A DNA stretch of 64,000 nucleotides from Octopus bimaculoides (GCF_001194135.2 NC_068983.1:85928079-85992078); one strand, 5' to 3'. Shown: positions 39,427 to 51,794, counted from the first letter of the stretch. Numbers and translations are program-made. Notes: a model not told the origin generated them from the sequence alone.

Positions 39427-39636
39427 CCCTTTAGTGCTTAAACCGGTCATATTCGACCAAAATATTCTACTGGTTCTATGTTCAAACTGGCTTCTCACAC
39501 CTACCTTGCAATGTCACTTTAAAAATAGACAACCACATCATTGATATCTCAGAGCTACAAGATAATGTGAGGTTAATTCAAAACAAGGTAAATAAATAAA
39601 CATTACACTTGACAGAATAATCTGAATGCTAAAGGG
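39427..39636 (+). mobile_element. piggyBac-type MITE copy 4
   Basis: TTAA|CCCTTTAG...AATGCTAAAGGG|TTAA. Confidence 0.82.
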
Positions 39637-40179
39637 TTAATAAGATGTTGATCCAGCTCCACATTACTTGAAGTTTCATCAATGTAAAACATAACCACAT
39701 AATCAGATGTTTGGAGTTGGAGTGGGAAAAATTCAAAAGAATTTTTAAAATGGCTTCCGAGTGAGACTATTCAAGCCTCCATCAGGACATGTGGGTGCTT
39801 TATTTAGTCATAGACAAAAGTTCTTTCATGACATGTTCTACATGGTAGAGCAGACAAGATATTGGCATCAGTTAACCTACTTTCTGAAGCAGTGACATTT
39901 TAGCAACAACAGCAACCAGGTGGAGATGTAACAAGATTGATGGTGTCAGATTACAGGATACAGACTGATGCCAACATCCTGCTGGTTCTACCATGTGGAT
40001 AGCTAACACATCTGCATAAGCTGAACTGACCAATGGAAGTCTAAATATTTTCATCAAGAAGCCATTTTAAGATTTCTTTTGAACTGTTTCCACTCTCATT
40101 CCAAACATAATGTGGACATGTTCTACACTTATGAATCTAAGCAATGTGAAAGCGAGTCAACATGTCTTATAACTATATC

Positions 40180-40815
40180 TTTTACTTGTTTCAGTCATTG
40201 ACTGTGGCCATGCTGGGACACTGCCTTGAAGAATTTTTAGTTGAATGTATTGACCCTAGTACTTATATTTTTATAAACCTGGTGTTTATTGTATCAGTCT
40301 CTTTTGCCGAACCGCTAAGCTATAGGGACATAAAAACACCAGCACCAGTTAAAGTAGTTGTATGCTGTCAACCTAATGTAACAGTCCCCTGAAGGGAATA
40401 ATACTACTGTTGGTTAGACCTAGGAAGCTGCACCGCTTCTTGTTGGCCTTGACACATTTCCTGTGTCTTTATGTTGTCCTGTGTCAAGGCCGACAGGAAG
40501 TGGTGCAGCTTCCTAGGTCTAACCAACAGTAGTATTATTCCTTTCAGAGGACTGTCACATTAAGTTGACAGCATACAACTACTTCATCGTATCACTACTG
40601 CATAAATCTGAGAGAGTTAGAAATGTATTATTTCTATATCAGCGCCAGTTGTCAAGTGGTGGTGGTGGACAAACACACATATATACAACGAGCGTCTTTC
40701 ATCTACCAAATCCACTCATATGGCTGTGGTTGGCCTGAAGCTAGAGCGGATGACACTTGCCCAAGGTATCATGCAGCAGGACTGAACCTGGAACCATGTG
40801 GTTGTGAAGCAAGCA
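40180..40815 (-). mobile_element. SINE family A split by a 289-bp foldback insertion
   Basis: Tail at 40180-40350, head at 40640-40815; interrupted at cagc(a/g)ccagtt. Confidence 0.75.
40351..40639. repeat. Foldback insertion: 105-bp inverted arms (40352-40456 / 40480-40584), 23-nt loop, 55-nt unique tail, 11-bp TSD
   Basis: Arms differ at 7 positions, all transitions. Flanks cagcaccagtt (40340-40350) and cagcgccagtt (40640-40650). Confidence 0.88.
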
Positions 40816-41104
40816 TCTCACCACACAGCTGCTTCTTATCTCTCAATCGTTTTTTTTTTGTACTCTTGTGAACTTCCCTGCCCACTCACCCTGTTCAATC
40901 TTCTGTACCACTTCACTTACTATTCACCTCCCAAAACCTTGTGGGCATGCCCTGGCGCATCTTCACCACTATCTACTTTTTCTCTTTTCTTCAGCTAGGG
41001 TAGCCAGGTATCTCTGCCACAGCAAGACACATGTTTCTGTCCCTCTATCATACTTTAACATCACCTGGCACAGAGCTACTACCCTCACTACCACTCCCCA
41101 CCTC

Positions 41105-41330
41105 AGTTGAGGGCTGTTGTCATCCTAGTTACCTGGTGACCTCATTGGTGATGGTGCAACATTAAAAAAAAAAATCCAGTATACTCTGTTAAGTGGCTGG
41201 CATTAGGAAGGGCATTCAGCCATAGAAACAAAGCTGATATGGAACTTGGTACAACCCTGTTGCTTTCCAGATTCTTTCAAACCGTCCAACCCATGCCGAC
41301 ATGGAAAACAGATGTTAAATGATCATGACT
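41105..41330 (+). mobile_element. RTE 3' fragment
   Basis: Conserved tail. Confidence 0.7.
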
Positions 41331-44140
41331 AGAGGCTAAAATTTCATATACTATTACCCAAACCACACATACTTTATATATTGTGTGTTCACCAGTATGC
41401 TGCAATTTAGCATGGTGGTGACGACTCCCTCAAAGAGCTGGGTGTTAAAATACCTGAAAGTCAGAGACAGGCGAGACAACTCGTCCCTAATCCCATTCAA
41501 GAGTGATGGATACTGATATTTTGCAATTTGTGTGGCTTATCAACATCACGTACCTGAATTGAACTGAGAACGAGCTGAATCGCCCGTCTGCAACTATATA
41601 CAAATAGTGTAGAAACCATTTGCTGGAAAGCCACGATGATGTATACTTAAGATTAATTTCAATAATGAATTAAAAGCAGCGCTAGTGTTGTAAACATTAT
41701 TGACTGCACATACTCAATGTATGTGTTTTGCTTGTTTACCAGTATGCTGCGGGATAGCGAGATGGGGTTGATTCCCTCAAAGGGCCGAGAGAGTCAGTCA
41801 GAGTCTGCCGTTTCATTCTGATGGTGGTCTCTTCGTATCTCAAAAAGTTAAGTCCAAGCTTACCTAACACCCAACTTAAGAATATTACTAAGACACCTCC
41901 TATCCTCATTATTAACAAGACACGTTATTAGAGAGTTGGAGCAGTTCGCGTACACATTCACAGACGTCTAGTTATGTACTTTATAAATAACTGTAAGAGA
42001 TTATCCAGACGACAGAAACTTCTTATCCAAGATATAAAATAAATCAATAACCATCAAAGAAAAATAAGTTAAAAATAAACTAAAAATGCTTCAGATTATA
42101 TATATATATATATCGAGATTCAATCAGAATGTGTAGAGAGTACTCCTACTGTGCTCTCTACATATTTTTGTCAATATTAATAGTATAAATACAAACACAC
42201 ACACACACACTTTTTTGTTGTATATCTTCGACCTTTTCATATAAATATATTTTTGCGTAGACAATCAAAAAAATACATGCACATAAATGTAAACAACATA
42301 ACGTCTATAGAACAGATATTTTCATTCAATCCGTTGTTTGACTTTCTCCTACATATATGGCCTTTCGTACTTCTAAAAACGTAATGGTTTCTTAGGGTAG
42401 TTTTGATATGATTCGTGAATGTGAGTTGTTCTTGACAAGATATTTTAAAAACAATTCAGACGAGTTATATAAACAGGCTAGCTTTGTAAGAAATATCTCA
42501 ATCGCAGAATATACGAACACATTAACGAAAGTAAATAAAAGCGCATTGAATAACGAAAGTAGTCATATGTTTATTTTACAGGTAAAATTTCTAAATATCC
42601 AAATGATTAAAATATAGTTACAAATACGAACAAAGCATATTTGTATACTTCAAATGCAAGAGAAATACGCAAAATAAATAAAATAACTTTTAGACACCAT
42701 GTCCTATTTACGATGTGGAATAACTTTTTGAAAGATTAAAATTTTTACCTTCAACATTTAAAAAATAATGAATTATATTAATCGTAATAAAATATTTTTC
42801 TCTCGCTTTGCATATTTCCACGAAATAAGCAAAACAGACTTAATAGCAGTTATGTATGGTGAAATATATATTCTGTAGTCTGTTTTGTATATTTTGTGTA
42901 TATTGAGTTGTGCATGAATTGAACATAACGAAAGCACGTAAAATATAACCGCTGAATAAACACAGTCGATAAATACCTTCAGTTTTCACAGAAAGAAGAA
43001 AACGAGAAAAAGCTAAGCTTTAATAGGAAATTACAAACAAAATATATTTATATACTTTTTGTATATCTCCGGTCAGGATTTGAATGGAATACATTGAGAA
43101 AATGTTCTTAGACGTAAGAATCTCGAAAGAACGTTCCCGTAAAAATTTGGAATGTCGTCGGTTTAAATTTTTTAAGAGTGAGAATGTCATTTCACATGCA
43201 TACAATGTATTATATTATTCTATACTTATTTTTAAATAGCTGGTTATCATTTGAATTGAAAATATTGAGACCGAAAGGAGTACAAGACAAAAACTTTCAC
43301 TTCTCTCGTTACTTTCAATATAGAAAGTGAAACAGTACTGTACAGGTATTCTACAATAGAGTCGACTGGAGTTGCCAATTGTCTAGACTGTCTTTTATTA
43401 TTATTATTCTTGTATATGAACTATCAAATACTAACTGGAGCCAAATTAATATGTTTATTCTTTAATGAAAAAATATAAGGAAAAGAAAAATACATTACAA
43501 TAAATGATCTTATAACTAATATTTCAAATGTAGTACGGAATACACAATGGTAGGATAATAAACAAAGACCAAACAAAGAAAAAGAATTAACAGAAAATCG
43601 ACAAGTATTTTCTATGGCATTTAGTTGAAAAATGGAAAGTTTAGAGCTATTATTGACAATAAAGTACTATATGTGAGAATAAATCAGAAAATCGCACCAA
43701 AATTCGGTAAATTCTAATCAAATATAAAAATGATAAAATACGCAAGTATCTCTTTGTATGGTTGGCTTGTCCACATATAACATTACACACTATTAGAATT
43801 ACACAAATGTTGGACGTATGAATTTAATATTATAAAAAGAGCGTAGCTTTAATTCTTGGCACACCTAATTAAAATTCTATTGAACGATTATGATCTAGAA
43901 ATAAGTTGATGTTAAATACGTGGACATTGTCAATCTCTTTAATACAATAAAAACGAAAACGCTTCGAAGAAAAATCTGGTAAGTTCTGTAGCATTAAGTA
44001 AAGATTTTGCTCACAGATTGAGATCATTTACGTAAAGCACGAACATATTAGTGTTAATGAATGCATATACATAGATATCTCTTGGGTAATTTGACTGAAA
44101 TTTAGATTCAAAAGCTACGACATGGAAATATAGAACCACT

Positions 44141-44400
44141 TACCCGCCATTTTGCATTCCCGCGGTACCAGATTTAAGTGAAAAAAGTAGCCTCGTTTTC
44201 AATGGAAACGGCGGGCGACGAGAATGAGCGTTATTGAGAGTTATTCCCCATCCACTGCAAATTAACGGGTTCTTTTGGAGCGAGTTCACGGTGGGGGAAT
44301 CACTCAGGCTGGTTATTTAACTCGTTTTAATTACCACATGCAAAGACATTCCGGAAGAAGCGGGTGGTTGTGATTTCTTTTGCTTAAGAAAAGGGGATAT
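44141..44400 (-). promoter_or_regulatory. HAT1 promoter/5' UTR region, CpG-retaining
   Basis: Locally GC/CpG-rich. YY1-like CCGCCATTTT over the ATG (44144-44153), E2F-like TTCCCGC (44157-44163), ETS CCGGAAG at about 44351-44357. Confidence 0.65.
44144..44150 (-). CDS. HAT1: HAT1 coding exon 1 (ATG GCG G), start codon
   Basis: Minus strand reads caaaATGGCGG|gtaagt. Strong donor; phase 1 joins exon 2 to give MAG, the same start as vertebrate HAT1. Lies in the CpG-rich promoter region. Confidence 0.85.
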
Positions 44401-44681
44401 TACCTCGACTATTTTAATTTAGATTAGAATTTTCTTGGCTAGAATAAATTTGAGTAAGGCAGGATGAAAGAAAGTGAAGTTTCCTGGAATAGTTTCATGT
44501 AATAGCATGAAAATTTGAATTGATAGAACTCAGAATTTAAATATAGAAGTCATAACTTGGGATTTCTTTTGACAATACAAATGATTTTGTTGAGAAAAGA
44601 GGTTAAGAACATGAAATAAAACAGAACAAAATATGGAATAGAATGTTATGGAAATTTGAATCAAGAGAATTCACAAGTTCA

Positions 44682-44980
44682 TCATCATCATCATCATCAT
44701 CATTATTCAACGTCCGTTTTCCATGCCGGCATGGGTTGGACGGTTTGACTGACAACTGGTAAACTGGGGAGCTGCACCAGGTTCCGAACTGATTTGGCAT
44801 GGTTTCTTCAGCTGGATTCCTTTCCTAACACCGACCACTCCAAGAGTGTAGTGGATGCCTTTTACGTGCTATCGGCATGGGTGCCAGTTACATGACATTG
44901 GCATCAGCCATGACTATGATTTCACTTGGCTTAATGGGTCTTCTCAAGCACAGCATACCACCAAAGGTCTCAGTCACTAA
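44682..44980 (-). mobile_element. RTE 3' fragment with (CAT)n tail
   Basis: Conserved tail, CpGs largely retained next to the promoter. Confidence 0.75.
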
Positions 44981-45320
44981 ATATAAAAAATATTACTTGG
45001 GTTTTTTTTTTCTCTTTACTATACAAATCATTTTGCTGGGAAGAAGGGAATAGAATATAAAACAGAATAGAATCGAATATGGGACAGAATACAAAAGTAT
45101 GGGACAAAACTTTTTAAAGGTTTAGTTAGAAGAGGAAAAGCTGAGACAATGAATTTGTTGCAGAGCTTCAGAGACTGGCAGGGAGGGCAAGGAAGGAACA
45201 ATCTAGAGATCTCCAATGAATGCTTGCAACAAAGTAGAATCTGTCAAAAGTATCTAAGGACTGATTAAGTAATATTAAAATGGGTTACAGATTGGTTGGA
45301 TGAAATAAAATGGTATAGAC

Positions 45321-45617
45321 CAGTGGTTTTCAAACTGTGGTCTGCGGACCACAGGGGGTCCGCAAGGACAAGACAGGGGGTTTGTGAACAGCAAATACTT
45401 TTTATGGGAAATTTGATTTTATATATGGTTTTTAATTGAAATCTTTTAATTGACAATAAACCTATTTGTTAAATACTGTTAAATAAACAAATGTAAAAAT
45501 ATATGTTATTTTAAGCAAATATTTATGTATAAATTTCATAAGCGTTTATAAGAGGGTCCCTAAGGTAAAGCCTGAAATATAAAGGGGTCCGCAAGTCAAA
45601 AAGTTTGAAAACCCCTG
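45321..45617. mobile_element. hAT MITE
   Basis: TIR cagtggttttcaaac / gtttgaaaacccctg; perfect 8-bp TSD GTATAGAC. Confidence 0.9.
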
Positions 45618-46007
45618 GTATAGACTGCAGATGATTGTTGTCATTTAGCCCCTGGTCAGTCCTGAGAGAGCAGACTTATGAGCATAGTCATGATCTTCAC
45701 TTCTTTAGTTTAGTCATAGTTAAAAGTTCCCTTTTTAAGTTGGCAGAGTGTGATTTGAATAAGAATAAAAAGATATTTTTAGCAGGTCTTACAACCTCTT
45801 AGTAATTGGATAATACATGGATTAAAAGATAATAATAAAAAGTCTATTGTACACAGTGCTAATGCAGAAAATTTACTTGTTTCTTCAGACACAAAATGGC
45901 CATTCTAAATAGGTGGGACAGTAAGCTATGAGATTCTGTAGTAATTCTATTTGTCAATGTATTACTCTAATACACCTAATAATATTAACTGGATAATCAA
46001 GGCAGCA

Positions 46008-46210
46008 AGCTGGCAGAATTGTTAGCCCACTGGACAAAATGCTTAGTGGCATTTTCATCCATCTTTACATTCTCAGTTCAAATTCCACTGTGGCCTATTT
46101 TGCCTTCATCCTTTTGTGGATTGATAAAATAAGTACCAGTTGAGTACTGGGGTCAATGTAATTGACTCCTCACTCCCCTCAAACTTTCTGGCCTTGTGCC
46201 TATATTAGAT
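46008..46210 (+). mobile_element. SINE family B, CpG-depleted copy
   Basis: Full-length homology; no CpG seen by eye. Confidence 0.75.
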
Positions 46211-47460
46211 ATGAATATTAAATGGATAGTCAAGTCAAAAGGATGCTGGACATCACACAAAGAAATGAGAGTTCGTATTTTGCATTATAAACATAGTCAA
46301 TGCACTAAATTTTCTAATTAGCTGTAAATAAATACTGCTTGCCACTGAAAGTTGCTTAGATGATGCTGCGGACAGTACCAGATGGGCTTAGGGACTTTGA
46401 TCTCAAGGTTTACTCAATAAGTTTATCAATTTATTCAAATTGACTGTACTGTTACTTACAGGGGTAAGTTATTCCTGCCTTGCAGTACCTGCCTACAGTT
46501 AGTTTATTTCCAAGTTATATGAAAGTTTAGCAGTTCTTTATATGACTCGATACAGTACCAAGTTGTATTGGTAATTCCATTTCATTTCTACTGTACTAAG
46601 CTCTACAGAGGCTTTACTTTGTATGGTATTTGATTTAGGATGTAGGATGTAATGTATGAATCAGCATCCAGTCTTGTTTAAAATCCTGTCACGGTCTATC
46701 TCTTAGGAATGTACTTCTGGGATATGACTCTATATTTTAGGACACTGAAGCAATGTCTTTTTTCTGTTTTGTCATAGCCATGACACTTAACATAAACTGT
46801 ATAAAGTAGTATGCATCTGAAATGTTCAGCTCTTGAGGTCTGATACAAATGCATACACACACACGTCTCTATGTGCTTGTGTATACATACATACATACAG
46901 TATCAGAACAGTTACCCAATGAAAATAATTACCCCCTTTGGTTAATTACCCTTCTCCAATATATTAAGAAGTTTTAAATCATCATCTGTTGTCCTCAGGG
47001 GTAATTGTCCTTGGGGGATGGGTTATTTTCAGGGGGGTTAAATGTCCTAGACACATACATACACACATGCACGCACACAGACACATACACACGCATCATC
47101 ATCATCATTTAATGTCCACTTTCTATGCTGGCATGGGTTATATTCACACACACACATATGCATATATATATATATATANNNNNNNNNNNNNNNNNNNNNN
47201 NNNNNNNNNNNNNNNNNNNNNNNNNNNNNNNNNNNNNNNNNNNNNNNNNNNNNNNNNNNNNNNNNNNNNNNNNNNNNNNNNNNNNNNNNNNNNNNNNNNN
47301 NNNNNNNNNNNNNNNNNNNNNNNNNNNNNNNNNNNNNNNNNNNNNNNNNNNNNNNNNNNNNNNNNNNNNNNNNNNNNNNNNNNNNNNNNNNNNNNNNNNN
47401 NNNGAAACATATGTCGGAATAAAGTATGCAGTTATAACATGCGTTCACTCCATTCCTTAA

Positions 47461-47506
<46 letters not shown>

Positions 47507-48197
47507 ATAATATGTGTGTGTGTATAGTTATTTACGAATACAGATATATCAAATATCATACCAATAAAATCCTTAATTTACCAAAATTATCTGTTTCCAG
47601 AGGGTATTTCATAATTACAAAATGGCAAGATTAGATTCATTTTGGAGTGGGGAGATAATCTCAAGAATCAAGCATTTATCGCAATTTTGTTTAAATTATG
47701 GAAATTACCTAGGCCATAAATGTGTTATACGATTTAATTTTTTTTTTGTAAAAGTGTAAGTCTCTTGGTTGTCAGAGACAAGGTGGGAGTATTGTCATGC
47801 TGATGACATCTATTGAGGCAGAAACACATATCTATGATTGTTCCCTCCAGAAAATAAGGTTGTGCTTTTTCTCAATTGTGTGGTGTTAACTTCAGAGATG
47901 TCTTGATTATTGAGACTATCTTCCTTTATCTCATGGATTTAGTCTTAATTGCCACTTGGTAATTAAAATGCATCTTCCAGAGACGGTGATAATTTTAATA
48001 AATCAAGATTTTATACTGTATGGCATTTGATATACCTGTATTTGTCTATGTTGTTCAAATACATACCACTGGCCACTCTTCAGCTCATTTTCATTTAAAT
48101 CCTTCTCCCCCTCCTTCCCATCTTCTCTCCTCCTCCTTCCCATCTTCTCTCCTCCTCCTTCCCATCTTCTCTCCTCCTCCTCCTCCCCCCCTCCCCC

Positions 48198-48480
48198 CAT
48201 CATCATCATCATTTAACATCTGTTTCCCATGCTGACATGAGTTGGATGGTTTGACAAGAGCTGGCAAGCCAGAGGGCTATGCCAAACTCCATGATCTCTT
48301 TTAGCACGGTTTCTAAAGCTGGAAAGTCAGAGGACTGCACCAAGCTTTACTGTCAGCTATGGTATGGTTTCTATGGTTGTCTGCTCTGCTTAATGCCAAC
48401 CACTATACCAAGTGAACTGGGTGCTTTTTTTTTTTTTACATGGCAAGGTCACCACATAACTTGCAAGACAATGACCCCTC
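48198..48480 (-). mobile_element. RTE 3' fragment, CpG-decayed
   Basis: catttaacatctgtttcccatgctgacatgagttggatgg, i.e. the family tail with CpG changed to TpG/CpA. Confidence 0.65.
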
Positions 48481-48614
48481 AACTGAGAGGGAAGGGTATT
48501 GCTGAAGGAGGTGACTTTGTGCCTGGTAACGAGAGGTTAAACTATGATAGAGGAACAGAAACAGGTGTATCTTGCTGTAGAAGAGAAACATGGCTGCCTG
48601 AGTTGGAATTGAGG

Positions 48615-48651
<37 letters not shown>

Positions 48652-49166
48652 GGTAGTAAAGATGTACCAGGGCATACCCTCAAAGTGAAGAGAGGTGAAT
48701 GTAAGTGGAGTGGTACAGAGGAATGGACAGGGCATGTAAGTAGAGAGTTCATAAGAGTGCAAATGCAGAGAGGTGGGATATATGTGTTAAGAAGTTTGCT
48801 TCCCAACCATATGGTTCTGGGTTCAGTCTCACTGCGTGGCACCTTCATATGCATACATATACATGCATATACATACATATAAATGTATGTATGTATGTAT
48901 GTATGTATGTATGTATGTATGCATGTATGCAGGTGTGCATGCATGTATGTCAGCCTTGTCACATTCTGTGTCATGCTGAATCTCCCTGGGAGAGAACTAT
49001 GTTAAGGGTATGTGCGTCTGCAGAGAGCTCAACCACTTGCAAGTTAATCTCATGAACGACTCTTCCATTGATAGAATCAACTGCAACATTCATTGTCATA
49101 ACCAACAGAATGCCAATTATGCATGTATGTGTCTAACAGACCAAATCCATTAACAGGCAGACAACA

Positions 49167-49270
49167 GTATCAGGTCAGATTATGACATATTTATACTTAT
49201 ACAACATATCTCTACTTGATTGTCTCTACATGTTGTATAGGTATGAATATGTCATAATTTGACTTGATAC
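49167..49270 (+). repeat. 41-bp inverted repeat with 22-nt loop
   Basis: Arms 49167-49207 and 49230-49270; 4 mismatches, all G:U on the plus-strand RNA. Confidence 0.88.
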
Positions 49271-51480
49271 CAGCTCGATTGGTTCATTGCCTATAGTCAA
49301 TCTTCAATCAAGTAGCTTTTACATTCCTGCATTCAAAGCTTGAGTTTAGGTACAAATATCACTTGAGCACTAATTAAATATATATATATGTAATGGATCA
49401 TATTAATTAGTAAACAATAATATGAGATGTCAGCGTTGTACTCAGTTTGTAAGTATTGGTTCTTCGTTGATTGCCATTATGTAAAGATGAAAGAACAGTG
49501 ATTGAAGTTGTGAAGAAAATATTTATCTTTACTGTTACATCATATACACCTTACCTCGACGGGCAGGTGATGAAATTGTAGAGCATGTGAAGTAAAGTTA
49601 GATGTCGTAGATTTTCCTTGTATAGGTTTGTGTCCATGAATTCTTAGTAGTAATCCACAGATAGTGATAGAATGATGTTCTAAGAGAACAGAATTAGAGC
49701 TGGTGAAAATTGTAGGGTTGCTGACAGTAAATTTCATTTCTCCTTCTCACTATTGTCTTTAGTAGCTGCCTTGCATATGATCATGATTCTAGTGTTCCAC
49801 TCCCTAACTGATGGTAGCTGTCTCTGACTCGAGTTGTCATTCATTAACTAACTGAACGAGTTATCAAGAGCTAACTGAGTTGTCACCAAGTGACAAACTG
49901 ATTTTTGCTTGGAGGTTCTTGTTTTTATAACTACCCAGAAGGATAGGCATATCGTTGAGAACAATGGATTTAGTTGGTGGTCTTGTTACCTTAATTCTAG
50001 CTTTTGGTGGTTTAGGAGGGGTTAGAAGGGTCAAGTGGTGAAGACATTATTTCGGCCTAGCTAAGACAATCTGGCAAAAGTAAAACTGTTGTCACTGAAA
50101 AACCATTGTTCCACCGTGAGAAAAGTTCTGTCGAAGTGTTAATTAAAATTTGGCTATGGTAGATCGAATCCACTTCATGCCTACAAGATCCACTACACAC
50201 ACATATACACATATATATATGTATATATATATATATATNNNNNNNNNNNNNNNNNNNNNNNNNNNNNNNNNNNNNNNNNNNNNNNNNNNNNNNNNNNNNN
50301 NNNNNNNNNNNNNNNNNNNNNNNNNNNNNNNNNNNNNNNNNNNNNNNNNNNNNNNNNNNNNNNNNNNNNNNNNNNNNNNNNNNNNNNNNNNNNNNNNNNN
50401 NNNNNNNNNNNNNNNNNNNNNNNNNNNNNNNNNNNNNNNNNNNNNNNNNNNNNNNNNNNNNNNNNNNNNNNNNNNNNNNNNNNNNNNNNNNNNNNNNNNN
50501 NNNNNNNNNNNNNNNNNNNNNNNNNNNNNNNNNNNNNNNNNNNNNNNNNNNNNNNNNNNNNNNNNNNNNNNNNNNNNNNNNNNNNNNNNNNNNNNNNNNN
50601 NNNNNNNNNNNNNNNNNNNNNNNNNNNNNNNNNNNNNNNNNNNNNNNNNNNNNNNNNNNNNNNNNNNNNNNNNNNNNNNNNNNNNNNNNNNNNNNNNNNN
50701 NNNNNNNNNNNNNNNNNNNNNNNNNNNNNNNNNNNNNNNNNNNNNNNNNNNNNNNNNNNNNNNNNNNNNNNNNNNNNNNNNNNNNNNNNNNNNNNNNNNN
50801 NNNNNNNNNNNNNNNNNNNNNNNNNNNNNNNNNNNNNNNNNNNNNNNNNNNNNNNNNNNNNNNNNNNNNNNNNNNNNNNNNNNNNNNNNNNNNNNNNNNN
50901 NNATATAGCCTTTGTTTTCTTCTTTGTTTAAGACAGACCGAAGTGATACAATGAAATAATAAAGCAACTCTTTCTTCTCTTTCATTCCCTTGGCTCCATT
51001 TCATTCAGCAGGGTCTTGCTTCATGAAGATTGAAAAACGTTAAAAGTGCATTTCATACTCGTTAATTTTTGTAGTTGCAAAAGTTACCTCCCCTGAATAC
51101 AGATTGCATGATCTTTCATTGTTTCTTTCACCCATTCTCAACACCTCTCTCTCTTTTGAATACTTACATATTCCGCCCTCTCCCCAGTTGTTCTATCAAC
51201 TGTGAACAAAAATATTGAATTAGAATGCCAAATGACTGCATATTCGAAAGATTGACACAACGTACTTTCCACACACATTTAGTGTAACATTAAGTAATAA
51301 GGACGGCCCTTTGAATTATAAATGCAATCCATCCAGCAGGTTTCCAAACAGTTTCTGGGTATCCATTAGTACAAACAAGGATATGGTTAAGGCACTTGGT
51401 GAAGATGCCTCATAATTGCAAGGCGAACTTGCAATCACTGAACCATGCGATACACACTCATGCACACACACACACACACT

Positions 51481-51654
51481 TGACCGTTGACTGAACACTA
51501 TTCAATTTTTTTTCTCCGTGTTTTTTCTCCTTGTCTCCGTATTCTTTCTGTTGAAGAGCGTAGCTCGAAACGTCAAAGACTTTCCGTATTCCCGAGCGTC
51601 ATACTAATATATACTTTTGTTATTTACACCACCTGTCCTCGTCTGTTGTTATTT
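51481..51654 (+). mobile_element. Hammerhead-containing Penelope/retrozyme-like repeat, copy 1
   Basis: UCUUU-CUGUUGA-A-GAGC(GUA)GCUC-GAAAC-GUC-AAAGA at 51543-51579. Flanked by (CA)n and a gap. Confidence 0.65.
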
Positions 51655-51794
51655 NNNNNNNNNNTATATATATATGTATATATATATATATATATATAAA
51701 TTATTATTATTATTATGTGTGTGTGTGTATTATATATATACTCTTAAATATACACACTCATATGTATACAAACATTCATATACATACATAGACG

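Noticed and set aside
46465-46480. ttacttacag-GG-gtaagt as a 2-nt microexon
   Set aside because: Outside any known gene, and it is also simply a short palindrome (acttac/gtaagt); no support.
47622-47755. Short ORF MARLDSFWSGEIISRIK... with good ATG context
   Set aside because: No recognisable homology and it runs into a poly-T tract; kept only as a possible non-coding exon.
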